Below, piece by piece: positions 1-15,550 of a stretch of DNA of 64,000 nucleotides. The first letter of the stretch is position 1, and each line of letters begins with the position of its first letter. A program made the position numbers and the translations under genes. The notes under the pieces are model-generated. The model was not told the DNA's origin. It searched no databases and saw only the letters and a list, made by a program, of their open reading frames with translations. The stretch is from Eledone cirrhosa (lineage: Eukaryota), in NCBI GenBank assembly GCA_964016885.1, contig OZ024742.1, positions 106,764,001-106,828,000 on the forward strand, given 5' to 3'.

Positions 1-348
1 TGTAAATAATATTTATTATATATTAATAAACTGATATTAGTCAGAGGATTGAATGTAAAAAAAAACCTGAATGAAATATCCATTAAACCCTAAGGGGCCA
101 CACAATGAAGTAGAGACGAAATATCAACCAAACATGGAGTGTCCATGATTGCTACAACATCTTACATTAATTCCCGATATAATTCATGGATGTATGTTAA
201 AGTAAGGAATTAATTGATAATGGTGATTTTAAAAAATTGCTTTTTTAATTACAAATAAAATACACAATATGCCTACAACACAGAAATATCAATTAATATG
301 TATTTTTAAAACAAAATTAAAATAGTAAAAAAATTCGTATTAAAGAAG

Positions 349-741
349 TTTATTCGAAAAAAAAAGAATATAATTTCAATAAAATACTAAAATAATTAAC
401 AATAAAATATTAGAAACATAATTATTTTTTTTAAATATATAAAAGTTTTGTTTTCTTTTTTAGTTTTTTATTCACTTGTTCTGGTTTTTTTCATTGCTGT
501 GTTTTGCTGCTGCTGCTGCTGGTGGTGCTGATGTTACTGCTGGAGGTAGTGGTGGTGGTGGTGGTGGTGGAAGGGTAGTTGAGAAATATTCAGTGAAAGA
601 ATATCGTGACTAAAGTTTATTTTAAAACTAAATCTCTAAAAATAAAGTTAGAAATGTGATATTAATTTTAATTGACAAATGCAACCTACCTGGCTGGAAA
701 GATAAGGGTTTCCACCACACGCCGCCGCCTCGGCTGGCAAG
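349..741 (-). other. STX8: Probable STX8 3' UTR with candidate polyadenylation signals
   Basis: Follows the TAA at 742-744. AATAAA occurs on the minus strand at 616-621, 467-472 and 349-354; the true end cannot be determined. Confidence 0.5.
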
Positions 742-806
742 TTAGCTGGGAACGGCAGCCACAACAACAATAGCAACGAATAACAGCACGATTATGATCC
801 AATACC
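742..806 (-). CDS. STX8: Syntaxin-8 terminal coding exon (C-terminal transmembrane anchor, (W)YWIIIVLLFVAIVVVAAVPS*)
   Basis: Minus strand reads ctctcattacAG|GG TAT TGG ATC ATA ATC GTG CTG TTA TTC GTT GCT ATT GTT GTT GTG GCT GCC GTT CCC AGC TAA. The phase-1 start completes TGG with the single T left by exon 47568-47669. The tail-anchor TM resembles the vertebrate STX8 C-terminus (recalled as ...VILLLLVAIVVVAVWPTN). Too short for the ORF track. Confidence 0.9.
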
Positions 807-1040
807 CTGTAATGAGAGGTGGAGAAGGGGGGAATATGAGAATGAGTCGAATCGTCATCAACAGTATTTAGTTTAACACATAAAAAAACAACTGTTGTAG
901 ATGATTATAACGAAAGAATGGCGAGAAGGAAAGTCAACGATTGCGACGGCGTCAACGACGATGGGACGAAGAAGAAGAAGTGAAGCGGACGAAATAAATA
1001 AATATGGACGTCGTAGTGATATACGGCGTATCTTACACAA

Positions 1041-1079
<39 letters not shown>

Positions 1080-1131
1080 CACATACATACATACATACAT
1101 ACATACATACATACATACATACATACATACA

Positions 1132-1162
<31 letters not shown>

Positions 1163-1817
1163 TTATGAGAGTAAGCTTATTCATAGAAATAGGGTCATTT
1201 ACAAACTAAATAGAGTACTCGATGTTTCAATAAGTGTAGTTAAATATATGGATCTATTTAAACATCAGTTTACAGGTTTATAAATCTGTTTCGATCATTT
1301 TGAGCTCTTCGTATCAATGAGAAAAATCCTTAGGTTGGTGGAATAGTTTAGAGGAAAGGGAAAAGAAATTAACTGAAACAGAAGTGAAAGTATAATATTA
1401 ACTCGATAAGAATGACTTAATTTAAAATTATAGCCATTTAAGACTATATTCAGGTTTGGAACTATGTATTTTTAGTGAGTGGTGAATGGTATTCAGAAAA
1501 AATGCTAATGAGAAACCAATATGATCGGTGAACTATATATAGAATTAAAAATAATAAAAAACATAACTTGGTTTAGTTCTCCGTTTTACGTAGCAGATGC
1601 TACACTCATTGCAAACATTTCCTTTAAACCACTGAAGTTACATTGCAAATCACATCATAAGTATTACCAAATCTTCAATAGAAATACTATTAAAATCTAT
1701 TACTGTGTTAGACCCTCTAACCCCACGGAATTGAATCAAACTAATATTATTAAATACATTGGCCCTACTTCTAATCATTTCATATGTTTTTAGCAGTATA
1801 TATATATACATTTAGCA

Positions 1818-1878
<61 letters not shown>

Positions 1879-2560
1879 CATTCCAGAAACAACACTTCAC
1901 TTTCCAGCTACATCTGGGATTTGAAGACAAGAAATTAAGAATACCACTTAAAATGAAACATCTTATCTAAAGCGAATTTATACAACAAAATTATGAACCT
2001 TGCAATATTTGCACTACCAGAAGCATGAAAATACTTTTCCCTAAAGATTCCCACCCCAACAAACATTCAGAGAACTTCGTACAACATACATAAATCACTT
2101 AACATGTTCAGATATTAAAAACATTTCGCTTACTCTTATTCTTTTAACATATTTTTAACCTCTACTAGATTGGTTTCTACATGTTCTTACAAACAATTTT
2201 GAACTATGTGACATTTACAGGTACAAGTTCTTTTTCAGCTCAATTTTATAGTATCACCCAAGCCTGTATTAAAGTTTTACTTATACGCACTGAACCCCTC
2301 TCGACCATATACATAATTCGTAACTATTGGGCATCATTAGTAGTTTATTAATAACTTCAGATACTATTCCTCTTTAACCCACAAGACACATTGGTGATAT
2401 TACTTAACCTAATTTATACTAAATAGCTTCCTTTTAACCTGCATCTTACTTTCCAGTACACATAGTTATAGACATATTTCTATCTTATCTCTTAACCCCT
2501 TATATATTTATATTTTTATTTACCTATTATTTATTCTTCCACTACTCCATAAACCCTCCT

Positions 2561-2632
<72 letters not shown>

Positions 2633-2992
2633 TTTGTATAGCTATCTCGACATCATCTTTGACGGTTAAACCCTTCCCCTGATTGATTAGTGGCCCATTT
2701 CCCTATCTGCTTCGGTCTTCTTTTCTGGGCCTCTATGTCTATACTCATGTATTTGCACTTCATGGGTGGAGCTGTACCCATACATCTGTATACTAATTAG
2801 ATGCATGTGTGATTTTACATGAGTCTACATTAGTGTGCCACTGGGTTCTTGTGCTTGCATATATATATGTGTGTGTGTTGTGTGTGTGTGTGCGTGTGTG
2901 TGTGTTCGTTCATATTTAAGATACGACAATGTTCCAGTTCTAGCTTTCATAGTTATTACACATACACACACACACATACATACATACATACA

Positions 2993-3068
<76 letters not shown>

Positions 3069-3145
3069 GCGTGTGTGTCAACAGTTTGACTTATCCGTGC
3101 ATTACCATTGATTTTATTAGATGTAAACAAACAAACATATATATA

Positions 3146-3231
<86 letters not shown>

Positions 3232-3659
3232 TGTGTGCGAGAGAGGGAGTGGGGTGTTGCCTTTTTACATCTTTATTCTAGTATGCCTCTACCTACTTCG
3301 TTAGTTATTGAACTGTTTATGTCTGATTGCTCCCTATGCATTACTCACACTATCCCCTCCCATTAACATATTTTGTTTCAGACGACCGTAGTAACTTACC
3401 TCCTAAACAATAGTCACTCTATTTCCAGCCAGAATCTTCTAAATAAGTTAACTCCCCGACGTTAGTAAACTTTAAAAAATAGTTGCTTGGTTTAAAAGAT
3501 ATTGTTTGGCTTCTCAATCACTCGTTTCATTTAATCCTTTTCTTACCACATTTCTAATAAAAGACACTGCCTATACTCAAGAATTTGGTAGATTTAGTAA
3601 TATAACTACTAGCTTTATCATTATTAAGCTGATGTTGGGAACATAACATAACAAAGGTT

Positions 3660-4460
3660 TTTACATGAAATTATAATAAGAGCATTAGACAAAATGGACC
3701 TAAGGATTAAAGTAGTAGAAAAACCAGGAGCTCCCATAAAATCCCGGATCAGTAGGACACACCCCTTTAGAAAAACCCCTGTACTGACAAGAACTGTATA
3801 GTCTGTAAGGTAAGCACGCAGATAAACGGCAAAACTAGAAATGTAGTCTATAGAATAAGATGTTCAGAGGGACAGTGCAGAAACAAGACGAGATACGTAG
3901 GAGAGACAGCCCATAGTATAGGAGAGAGATTAAAGGAACACTAGCGAGAACTTCAGGAAGAGAAAAAGCTCATCAGTGCTATACCAACACACCAAACTGG
4001 AACACCGAGCTCAATAGATAACATAGAAATAAAGATCCTATTCACACATAGAACTGACGTAACACTCAGATAAATTAGGAGGCCACACATATAATAGAAG
4101 ATAGACCTAGACTGAACAGAAAACACAAGTGGAATAGTAACAACCCGTAACCTAATGACTGAAGATAGAATAAGAAAAAAAAGACACATCAGTGAAAGAT
4201 ATACACACATAAAACGCACATAGACATGACACATAAAACGCACATAAAACGCACATAGACATGACAAACATAGGCGAAGGTGTAGACGGAAACGCATGCG
4301 TAGATATGAATCACGAAAAACGCACCACAAAACGCAAAACAGCGCGGAGTAACGTATTAAGACCCATAAAGAAGAGGAGGCACAAAAGAGAACAGATAAC
4401 CATTAAGGAGATCACAGAATGTGTGACGAAAGAACTTTGACGAACTAATGAATAACGTTT
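3660..4460 (+). mobile_element. Penelope-like element fragment (decayed GIY-YIG endonuclease plus 3' pLTR)
   Basis: Translates KTRNVVYRIRCSEGQCRNKTRYVGETAHSIGERLKEH* with stops and frameshifts. Homologous to 10783-11803 and 32170-32965. Ends in a degenerate hammerhead (atcacagaatgtgtgacgaaagaactttgac). Confidence 0.8.
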
Positions 4461-4921
4461 CTCAAATATTTGGTCTTAATTTTTTAGCATATTTCTATTA
4501 GAGGAAATTTATGGGCTCTATCGCTTCTATATTAGACATTTGTTGACGTTTTTTTCTAAATACCCTATTATGTCCTATATCTAATCCTAAACCTTAAATG
4601 GTTCTAAAATATAGACTTTGACGGAAATAATCTTAATTCAAGTGACTTTTACAACAATAAATATATCGACCCATCGATCTTGTGATCTTTCACTTCTTCT
4701 TTAACTTCTTTTCCTTCCACCACCCCTTTAAACTATTCTATCAACCTACAAGTGGATTTTTCTCATTAGTCCGGGGAGAGCAGAATTCCCATAAGATTCC
4801 ATCAGGGGTTACGGCTCTACACACACCTACCTACCTACCTACCTATACCTACCTACCTACCTACCTACATACATACATACATACATACATACATACATAC
4901 ATACATACATACACACACACA

Positions 4922-5560
4922 GTCAACGCGATCAGTCGCATATTTTGGCGTGGGAGACTATTTATTAAATTTAAGATGAATACTATCTCCGACAGTAATG
5001 CCACAACTACAGTCATGTTGAATAACTGGTCATTCTTCTAACTATACCTTCTGAAGACACCTTTTATTCGAATTCGTAGAGATATCCGACTAAATACATA
5101 ATTCATTTTACAAGGATTTGCTACAAACAGCATGGCTGAACACAACATCAACAACAAAATTAAGGAAGTATCGAAGACAAACAACAAGAAAGGTAAACAA
5201 ACTTTATTCAGTTGTAGCTACAGAAGAAACCGAAATTATAAATCGCATTTCTCTTGGAGTTGCGAACTTAATAATGATTTATTTAATTGTTATAAAATGG
5301 CAAAAAAACAATCTCTCCATTGGTTATATGAATAGAATGAAGCTACACTGGGACGAAATGCACCCAGAGCTAAATTATTTCACAGCGAAACAATTACGCC
5401 AACAAGCGACGTTTGTTGAGCGTGAAAATAAGATAAATATTATTAATTTTAAGTCCCCCACAGCAAACATCGGATCAACAACACGTGCTACAGGTCGCCA
5501 TGCTACTAAACTTCCTAGCAGCCAGGTCGAACAATGCCTTGAAACAACTATGCCTGTAAG
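4922..5560 (+). mobile_element. 5' fragment of an R4/Dong-like (RLE-type) non-LTR retrotransposon, frameshifted
   Basis: Joining ORF 5132..5335 (FSWSCELNNDLFNCYKMAK) to ORF 5118..5627 (IGYMNRMKLHWDEMHPELNYFTAKQLRQQA) gives the W..E.N..L..CY...GY..RM...W....P....T...L..Q N-terminal pattern recalled for R4/Dong elements. Confidence 0.6.
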
Positions 5561-5599
5561 AAACTTGAAAATACATGGTGGCTGCCAACTCGTTTTCGA

Positions 5600-6121
5600 G
5601 TACGGCCACTACTTTATATCCATGTAGGAGAACGCCTACCGATGCGCTGACGAGTGTAACTTTTTAGTCCAGCCAGCGACTTGAAAACTCTGGTACAAAC
5701 ACTACACTTGTGACAATTATTGACACAGTGCTGGGCCCATGGTACCATGTGACGACAAGTGCAGAGAGATCTCCAGATATAAAGCAATGCCTGTGCTGTG
5801 AAGCTTTTATAGTGGGCAAAGGCACTGCACAAAGCCAGTCCCACTCTCTTAACCAAGATGATATTTACCAAAAAGAAGAACAAGTCAACATCATTGGATA
5901 CCATCAGGGTTGCAGGTGTTATATCAGAGTTTTCCTTCTCCTAGAATTCTGCCTTGACAAAGGCTAAGGGGTCATCTCTCCCGGTGATTTCGGATGGCCA
6001 TTGACTCTTAAGAGCTCCTTTGCCCTTTGACAGGTTTTGTTTTTAGTCCTGCAGGATGTCCAAAGTCACCTCCTCACCAAGAAACCTTGGTGGGGTTGTC
6101 AGTTTAGTCGCCAACAACCCG
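5600..6121 (-). mobile_element. Retroelement 5'-region repeat with a C2H2-like remnant (CSVCTRVFKSLAGLKSY); related copies at about 11957-12420 (+) and 17660-18035 (-)
   Basis: The copies share blocks such as ggcgactaaac...caaccccaccaag...cttggtgaggag, agagtcaa(t/c)(g/a)gccatc and gcacaggcattgc. Assignment to a LINE 5' end is inference. Confidence 0.55.
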
Positions 6122-7877
6122 ACCATACATACATACATACATACATACATACATACATACATACATACATACATACATACATACATACATACAGTGGTAG
6201 TGACAAGGTACGAACTGCCAAACATTTTGATTGGTTGACTGGTACTCTATCGTCTCAGATTTCGGTAGGCTCGGGCTCAATATTTCATAATAAAAGACCT
6301 AAAATGTTCTATTACATTGGTTAATTAGGAAAGAGTATGAATTCACTATCAAATGCAAGGAAAGAACATGATCTCGTTAATGTCCGACTATGCTCTCTGA
6401 AAAGAGTGTTTGGTCTGCCAGTGTGTAGTTAGTGAACAAATTGTTGTTACAATGCCATAGGTGGACATATTTCAGGAAATTATATCAAAATCTCATTAGT
6501 TTGTAGCCTGAAATGGTAAAAAGATTAGAACCGGTAAAGGGCAGCTCTCTCTCATGAATACTAAATCCTGAATTCGACTCTATCAAATTTCATTACTTGT
6601 TCCTACAGACTAATCATTAAACCATCATGATGACATTTTTAATTTTGACATATTTCTTCCGATATATATTTACGACCTGCTCTGGAACGCTAGATATGTC
6701 TAGGTGTTCTCTTTCAGTTCGTCCATTCCAGCATATACTGGAAACAAACGTGAATTTAATACAACTGCAAAGACGGAGGTGTGATATGTTAAATAGGAAT
6801 TCGTGTGACAACCAAGTGGTTCCACGTTTCGACAAAAACCTATATTTATCAATATTTTATTTTGGATTGCAATCGGTGCAGAATAATATCAGTGGTTACA
6901 TGTTTCCCGCTGCCCCCCATCACTGGTACACTGGCTTTTCCACACCATCAGTGACAAGATAACGTAAATCGATGCAGAACAAACATCTTAAAGAATTTTT
7001 TATTGTCGATTTTTACACTCCATATGTATATTTATGTGAGTGTGTGTGTGTGTACCTGTATAAGAAAGCATAGGGTTATGTGACAATCACTTTGCGCTAA
7101 CTTTGATAGGAAAATGGTAATTTGATATCTACCTCTCTACTAATCTCTCACAGTGTTGACAAGATGTTCAGTGAACATGCTGCAGCTATCTATAGCTATC
7201 TACCTATGTACCTATCTTCGGGAAATAAACAAATCTACCTACATGTCGAAGGGAAATTCCCGTTCCATCTTAGGATACATTACTGACTTACATATATTAC
7301 GCAACTTGGAGTGTAACTTCCGGATTCCCAAAAACCTATCGAAGATATTTATCGATTAATATCTATCGATCAGGTCCAGGTTCGTCTTTAACCTGTCTGT
7401 ATTTTTCGTTGTTGTAGTATTAATGTGGCAACATGCTTCTGGTCGCATTATTCATTGTGTCACTATTACCTAACCTCTTGTGTCCACTCTGAGGAGAAGT
7501 ATATTAATTACTCTATCATTGAGTGCTTTGTCACAGTCTTCGATGATTGAGGCTAATCTGCTACTTGCAGCTGCAACTTCGATTATACTCATTACTATTA
7601 TACATATATATATATATATCAGTCTGTCTGTCTAGCTGCTTCCCTATCGCTCAGCCTGACAGAAAATCTATAGTTATCTAGTTATGTATATTTACCAAAG
7701 TATCTTTCTTCGGACAAGAGCAATATGTATTTAGATTTTTATTGTGTATCGACCTATTACGTGTGTTACGATTTGTCAAGGCTTCTGGATGATTTGAAAT
7801 TTGGAAAGGTTGGAATCGAAACAGAATCGCTAGTTTTTCTGTCCCTAGGGGTATTTTACCTGACTTTCTAACATTAT

Positions 7878-8166
7878 AGGTCGACTTTGCCTTTCATCCT
7901 TACGGGGTCGATCAAATAAAGTACCAGTAATGCACTGGGTATTTGCTGGCCTTGTGCCTAAAGTAGAAACAATTATTATGGATTGGCAGTATCGGTAGAG
8001 GGTCGGACGCCATACTTTGGCACATAGAGTTACGGCCCTTGCCATTCTGAGTTCAAACCCTGCCGAGGTTAACTTTGCCTTTCATCCTTACGGGGTCGAT
8101 AAAATAAAGTACCAGTAATGCACTGGGTAATTACTGGCCTTGTGCCAAAAGTAGAAACAATTATTA
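7878..8166 (+). mobile_element. tRNA-derived SINE (Meta-domain-like core gcctttcatccttacggggtcgataaaataaagtacc); truncated plus near-full tandem pair
   Basis: B-box-like tgagttcaaaccc, conserved core, and tail ggccttgtgcc(t/a)aaagtagaaacaattatta. More than 12 copies in the window. Confidence 0.8.
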
Positions 8167-8989
8167 TCATTGTAGCGATTTTCTGTTTCAAATCATTCAA
8201 ACGCCTCGAAAAATCGTAAGATTTGTTTACATCTGGCTATAACCGCTAAAGCTATTATATTAGATCATTAAGTATGAAATGTTCGATTTTTTTACGCACT
8301 TTCAATTTGAAATCAGACATTTCATACTTCATGACCTGATATACATTAATAGTTCCTAATTTGGACAGAAACTGTTGTCAACTGTCACTTGTCGTAGTGG
8401 TTAACGTGCAACTGGACTTATATCAGCATTGAGTGCTCAAAACTGGTGAACCAATAGTAACCAAAGATAACACACCAACACACTATATATAGTAGGTTGA
8501 GTAGTTTTATGTAGTGTGTACAGTTCAGAGCAAGCTAAGAAGAATAAGTTCTATGGAGCTGAAAGGGAGAAGTTAGAATATAATACAATAAACGAGGTAA
8601 AGCATGTTTAAAAACGGTATACTTTTTGTGTTTTATTGTTCGTTTATGTGTAGGTAGAGTTGTAGAAAGATGAATGTGTGAGAGTTAATATTAGAATTAA
8701 AATTAATGTTAGAGTTAGAGTTAGAATTATATAAAGAAATCTCAGCTGCACTCACCCTAACGCTAACAATCGGAATAGTTAAAGTGACAAAAGATTAGGA
8801 AGTGAAATGAGGTGATTGTGAAATATATAAATTGAAAAGGAGTTGTGTGGAAGTGTCCTCTTTACTACAGAGGCGAAGAACAGTTGAAATATATGTGGAA
8901 GGTTTTCCTCTCTCGGGAGAAATAGCAAACAGAGAGATAGAGTGGGAGGTACAAGGAAAAGGTTGCCGGATGGTGAGAATGTATATACG

Positions 8990-10015
<1,026 letters not shown>

Positions 10016-10296
10016 AATGCCAGTAGAAGGAAGACGCAGTAGAGGAAGACCACGAAAAACAAAAACATGGACGGAGGTGGAGAGGCTCAAGGAGGAGATG
10101 ACGAAGGACCGTGACAAGTGGAGAGATGCTGTACTGAATAGGACCCGTCCCACCCTTGCAATCAGGGAAAAGCGGACGTAAAATGATGATGATGATGATA
10201 TATATATAATTATACATATATAGAGAGAGAGAGGAGGGGTATACTAGTTTAAACTAGTAAGACCATAATTCAGCAGAGTATTCGCTACTTGGACTA

Positions 10297-10544
<248 letters not shown>

Positions 10545-10548
<4 letters not shown>

Positions 10549-11803
10549 AATTTGCTCCTATACAAGGGGCAGGCCCCATTTGTATCATTATTTACCATTT
10601 TTTCCCATTTGGTTCTGGCTCCTCTATACACTCTGATTTTATCTCTCTGATTGTAACCAGAGAACTGCATACGGTGGATGAAGTGTTGTATGTGTCTCTC
10701 TAGTTCTTTGGGGTTGCACATGCGGGACACGTTTCTCATCACCCGTACCAAATCCGCAATCAGTATGTTGATTTTGGTTTTGGGGACCTGCCCCTTGTAT
10801 AGGAGCAAATTTTGGAATAGAATAGAAAGAACTAGGAATAAGGTTAATAGAATAAACTCATGGTATGATAGCAATAAATACCAGAGTGTAATGTTCATCA
10901 ATACAACCCCTAGAGGTGAATTAGCTTACAAATTTAGAAGGGCCCTAGATAAACATAAAATTAATATTAAGATAGTAGAAAGACCAGGTACCGCCATAAA
11001 AACTCTTATTAGCAATACATACCCTTTTCAAAGACCTCCCTGTATAGATAAGAAATGCATAATCTGTAAACTAAGCCCCCATATTAACTGTAAAACTAGA
11101 AATGTAGTATATAGCATAAGACGTACTGAAGGACAATGTAAAGATAAGAATATAGTGTACATAGGTGAGACAGCTCGTAGTATAGGAGAACGGTTAAATG
11201 AACACTGGCGAGAACTTCAAGATAAAAAAGAATCATCAATACTCCACCAACATGCTAAAATAGAACATAAGGGCAAATTAGAGAACATAGAAATAAAAAT
11301 AGAATCTACACACAGAAAAGACGCAATGTTTAGACAAATCACAGAGGCAATAAACATAAATGAACTCCAACCAAAATTAAATAGAAAATATGAATGGAAT
11401 AGCAACATCACAACTTACAATTAAGGACAAAATGAAAACACACACACACATAGAACAAACAACCAACCAGTAACATGTAAATAAACAATTAAATAAACAA
11501 ATAAAAACACACACAGACACCCGGATGTAACACATGCGCAAACTAAACACACAACACACACAAAAACAAGATGGCGTAGGACAGAACAAAGGAGAGGCAC
11601 AAAACAAAGTAAAGAATCCCCAGTCACTGAAGAGGTCACAGAATGTGTGACGAAAGAACTTTGACAATATATGAACAACCGTCCGGTTATGGAACCAACC
11701 AACCAACCGGAAATTTATAAATTTAAATTATAATAAATTGGAGTGAAAGCAACTGGTGCGTGTGTTTCTTATTGGCAACATGACCCTCCCAAAGCATAAC
11801 AAT
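10545..11803 (+). mobile_element. Penelope-like element, 5'-truncated with an inverted 5' segment; GIY-YIG ORF open to the stop, followed by a pLTR with hammerhead
   Basis: ORF 10678..11424 contains C-x4-C-x2-C, NVVYSI...YIGETARSIGERLNEH...ITEA...PKLNRKYEW. The upstream linker (LIADLVRVMRNVS...RMQFSGY...) lies on the minus strand at about 10547-10780. Confidence 0.9.
11623..11665 (+). ncRNA. Minimal type I hammerhead ribozyme of the Penelope pLTR
   Basis: GTCA-CTGAAGA-g-GTCACA gaatg TGTGAC-GAAA-GaaC-TT-TGAC: stem I 4 bp, stem II 6 bp, vestigial stem III. Minimal hammerheads are an established feature of Penelope-like elements. Confidence 0.65.
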
Positions 11804-11818
11804 ATATATATGTATGGA

Positions 11819-11885
<67 letters not shown>

Positions 11886-13074
11886 GTTGACGGAACTAGC
11901 ATAGTTATCACTGCTAGGACCGGTTGCATCTCAGCGTACTCATATATACACATGTTCGGGTCGTCGGCGACTAAACCAGCAACCCCACCAAGCTTGCTTG
12001 GTGAGGAGGGTGATATTTGGACACCCTACGGAGTGAAATACAAGACCCCGCAAAGGGCGGAGGAACTCAGCAGAGTCAACAGCCATCCAAATAGTACTTT
12101 TTTTTTATTTACCTGGGAGTGAAAGCCCCCCCCCCCCCCCCCCCAGTTGTTATCACAACACCGTTCTAGGAGAGGGAAACTCTGGAAAAAAACCTGCAGC
12201 TTCGGAAGCATCCGATGATGTTAACCAGTTCTCTTTTTCGGGTAGTGTTTTTGATGCTCGGTGAGTGGGATTGGTCGAGTGCAAGGCCTTTCCACACTTA
12301 CAAAACCCTTCAAAGCACAGGCATTGCTCAGGATATGTTAAAGGTTTGTGTGGCTGGCCGTGGCCTAAAAGTGCATCAAACTCTATAATCTGACAAGCGA
12401 TTGCAGTACTCTTAGCAGAGTTTCCAGCCATCATATACACACATATGTTTGCATGCAAAAACACGCGTGTATATAGAGGAGGTTCCCTCCAGTCATGGGT
12501 GACTACGTGTTTACACATAAACAATTTCTTTCCGAGGTCGGGCAAGGTATTTTTGTGGAAGATCTGCAATCGCCCATGCAGGCCAATATCCCTTTTTCCA
12601 AGCCACGGGGAAAGGAAAATGCCGATATAATCGAGGAATCGAACTCATAAGTCCCAACCTTCACACACACAAACATACAGCCAAATGGAATGGATGAATG
12701 GATAGGTAGGTAGGTAGAGAGAGATGGGGGTGAGAGAGAGAGAGAGAGATGTTTGTCACAAACATGAAATAGAATGAAAAAAGCTGGAACTGCAAAAGTT
12801 CTGGCAAGTTCTGGCAGTCATTAGCTACATTCCAGTATGTATGTGTGTGTATGTATCTGTTTCATCATCATCATTTTTTAACGTCTACTTTCCACACATT
12901 CACTACTCTCTTATGTTTGTTTGTGTATTGACATAAAACAGTAACAAGAGATGATGAAATAAGCACCAGATCTAACGACGACCACCAGCTTGGTCTGTTG
13001 TATCCAAAACCTCCAATTTCCAACAACCGTATTTAGCATCTATTTTTACAACAGGCGTTATGTTATATATACAG

Positions 13075-13200
<126 letters not shown>

Positions 13201-13229
13201 CGTGCGTGTGTGTGTGCGTGCGTGTGTGT

Positions 13230-14030
13230 GTTGCCTCACTTTCAATACCCTACCTGCGTTGGCTGGCCATTGATGTAGAAGGGAGTTTGTTCCTGTTACC
13301 CTTAGGCTACCTTCATTCTGTACTGTGGATTCAACTGAGATCTTGGATAGCAGAGTGTCAAGATGTTTCTTGAAAACATCCAAGTGTACACCATGCAGAT
13401 CTCTCAAGTTTCTTAGCGGCTTATTAAAGAGTTGGGAGCCTTTGAACCACGGGCTATTAGAATATCTGCTCCTTACTACACAGTGACGTTCTGTTCGAAG
13501 GTTGGTCCAGCTCTCAATGCCAAAGTTTGGTGCCAGTCCTTCCAGGATATTTCATGCGTATATTACTGCGTACCTCTCCTGTCTTCGTTCAGTTCTAGAG
13601 TTTCAGTTCGTTTAGCCTCTCCCAGTAACTCATCTCCATCAACATGACAATCCTCTTGATGGTACTTCGTTGAATTGCTTCAAGTTCCGTGGTTAGTTTG
13701 ACATTATGGGGTGACCACAGCTCGGAGCAATAGTCCAGTCGGCTTAGGACAAATGTTCTCCGTAGTACCAACATGGTTTCTCGGTCTCTTGTCTTGAAAG
13801 TCCTAAAGATCCAGCCAGCAAGTCGTCTACACATTGTCGCCATTTTCATGATGTGTGAATGAAACGATGCATCATCGCTCATGTCTATACCCAGGTCTCG
13901 TATCGATTTCGACCCCTCCTGACCCAATGCAGCTTTGGTGTGCTGTCCTTGTGTTTGCAGGTTGTTATCGTGGGGCTTGAAATGTTCCAGCATGTTGGTG
14001 TCCTCAGCCCATTTGTATATGACATTCAGA
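13230..14030 (-). mobile_element. CR1/Jockey-group LINE 3' fragment (RT C-terminus)
   Basis: ORF 13595..13993 reads IRDLGIDMSDDASFHSHI...GWIFRTFKTRD...SRLDYCSELWSPH...LEAIQR...SYWERLNELKL. ORF 13063..13407 continues DLHGVHLDVFKKHLDTLLSKI. Ends in a (CA)n tract. Confidence 0.85.
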
Positions 14031-14604
14031 TCTTGTTGTAAAAGAGTAGCATCACCCGAGTTATTGATTTATAAATTAAAAAGTTATTTGTCTCTAATAC
14101 TTAGACATTTCAATGAAAGGATAAAATATAGATAGATTATCAACTCAGAAAAGTAAGTAATTAAACATATTAAACTTATCCTTTCATTCAGATTGTAATT
14201 GATATTGGCTACTCCTTCATTGTAGAGTAGATTTCAATGGATTTTGGGTTCTATTTCTAGCACCACTATAAGCCTATCATATTGTCCTAATATATAGAGA
14301 GTGATATGTTCATTTAGTAGTTCAGTGACGCAACGTGTTGAACCCCATGCGGTCTCGGCAACGACATGGTCTATATACTTTATATTCAATATCTCCTCAC
14401 ATTCCAAACAATTATCCCCCTAAAAACGGAATTAAATTCTTCCGATATTTTGAAATAATTAACATTTTTTCTTGATTCCAGAAACCATGGTTGGGGACAT
14501 TTTATGAGTAAAATTGACTTATTTTAGTCGGTCTAGCTTATATCCACTCCACCAAACGAAATCGAGATTTTGGCTTAAGTTTAATATGTTTATATATATA
14601 ATAG

Positions 14605-15050
14605 GGTTGTATATGAAAACATAATATATATGTATATATACAATAAACTACAATAAACATATGAGAGCCTCGCTATCAAAGAAAAAAATGTGTTCGTTGT
14701 GAACATGTCACGGATGACTCAGTAACCGTTGAGAATGCCAGACAGCTGTTTCGGGATTCCCTAAAATGAAAATAGACTAGAGCCTATATACATTTTGCGT
14801 GATGCTCATTTGCTGGAGATGTTCATATACATAAAGCAAGTAGAAAACTTCGGCTGGAAATGTTCATTTGCATATAGTGGTTATGATTAATTGGCAGTAG
14901 CACTAAGACAACGTTAAACATAATAATGGTGCATATGAAAGCATATACTATATGTCCATATACAATAAACATACGAGAGCCTCGCTATCGAAGAAAAAAT
15001 ATTATTTCGACATGAAAAAATTATTTTTCTCTCCTTTGCTCTGTGAACAT
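14605..15050. mobile_element. Tandem direct repeats of a Penelope-type terminal fragment
   Basis: tacaataaacata(t/c)gagagcctcgctatc(a/g)aagaaaaaa occurs at about 14649 and 14960 and is related to the 16470/17440 arms. A hammerhead 3' half (cGAAACAGCTGTC) lies on the minus strand near 14741-14752. Confidence 0.45.
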
Positions 15051-15149
15051 CTATATAGGCTCTGTACATCTGTACATATATTTACATCTGTGCATATATT
15101 TACATATTTCAGAGTACATATATATGTGAGTGTGTGTACGTGCTTGTGT

Positions 15150-15190
<41 letters not shown>

Positions 15191-15550
15191 TGTGTGTGTG
15201 TGTGTGAGTGTGTGTATGTGTATGTGTGTGCGTGTGTGTGTGCATATTTTCGTGCATATAATATCTATGTATATATATATATATATATATATATCCGCCC
15301 AGCAGATCTGAGTGTGTATGTGTGTGTGTGACTCTCTTTTAGACATGTGCGGATATGAGAGTATGGGACGTGTGAGTATGTGTATGTTTGCACAGATGTG
15401 ATGCGTGTAAATTGTCCCTCCAGTAATTATTTGTCTATATGTGTGTGTGTGTATGCGGGTGTATACATCTTTGCGTGCACTGCTTGTATAAATATATTTT
15501 CCACAAATACACATCTGCGTATATATGTTTCAGTTGATATATAATATGTG

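Noticed and set aside
5647-5700. Hammerhead-like CTGACGA...GAAA
   Set aside because: Stems I and III do not pair; the segment is the antisense of a zinc-finger-like remnant.
6191-6925. hAT-like DNA transposon bounded by CAGTG...CACTG
   Set aside because: The inverted match is only about 5 bp, with no TSD or transposase remnant recognised.
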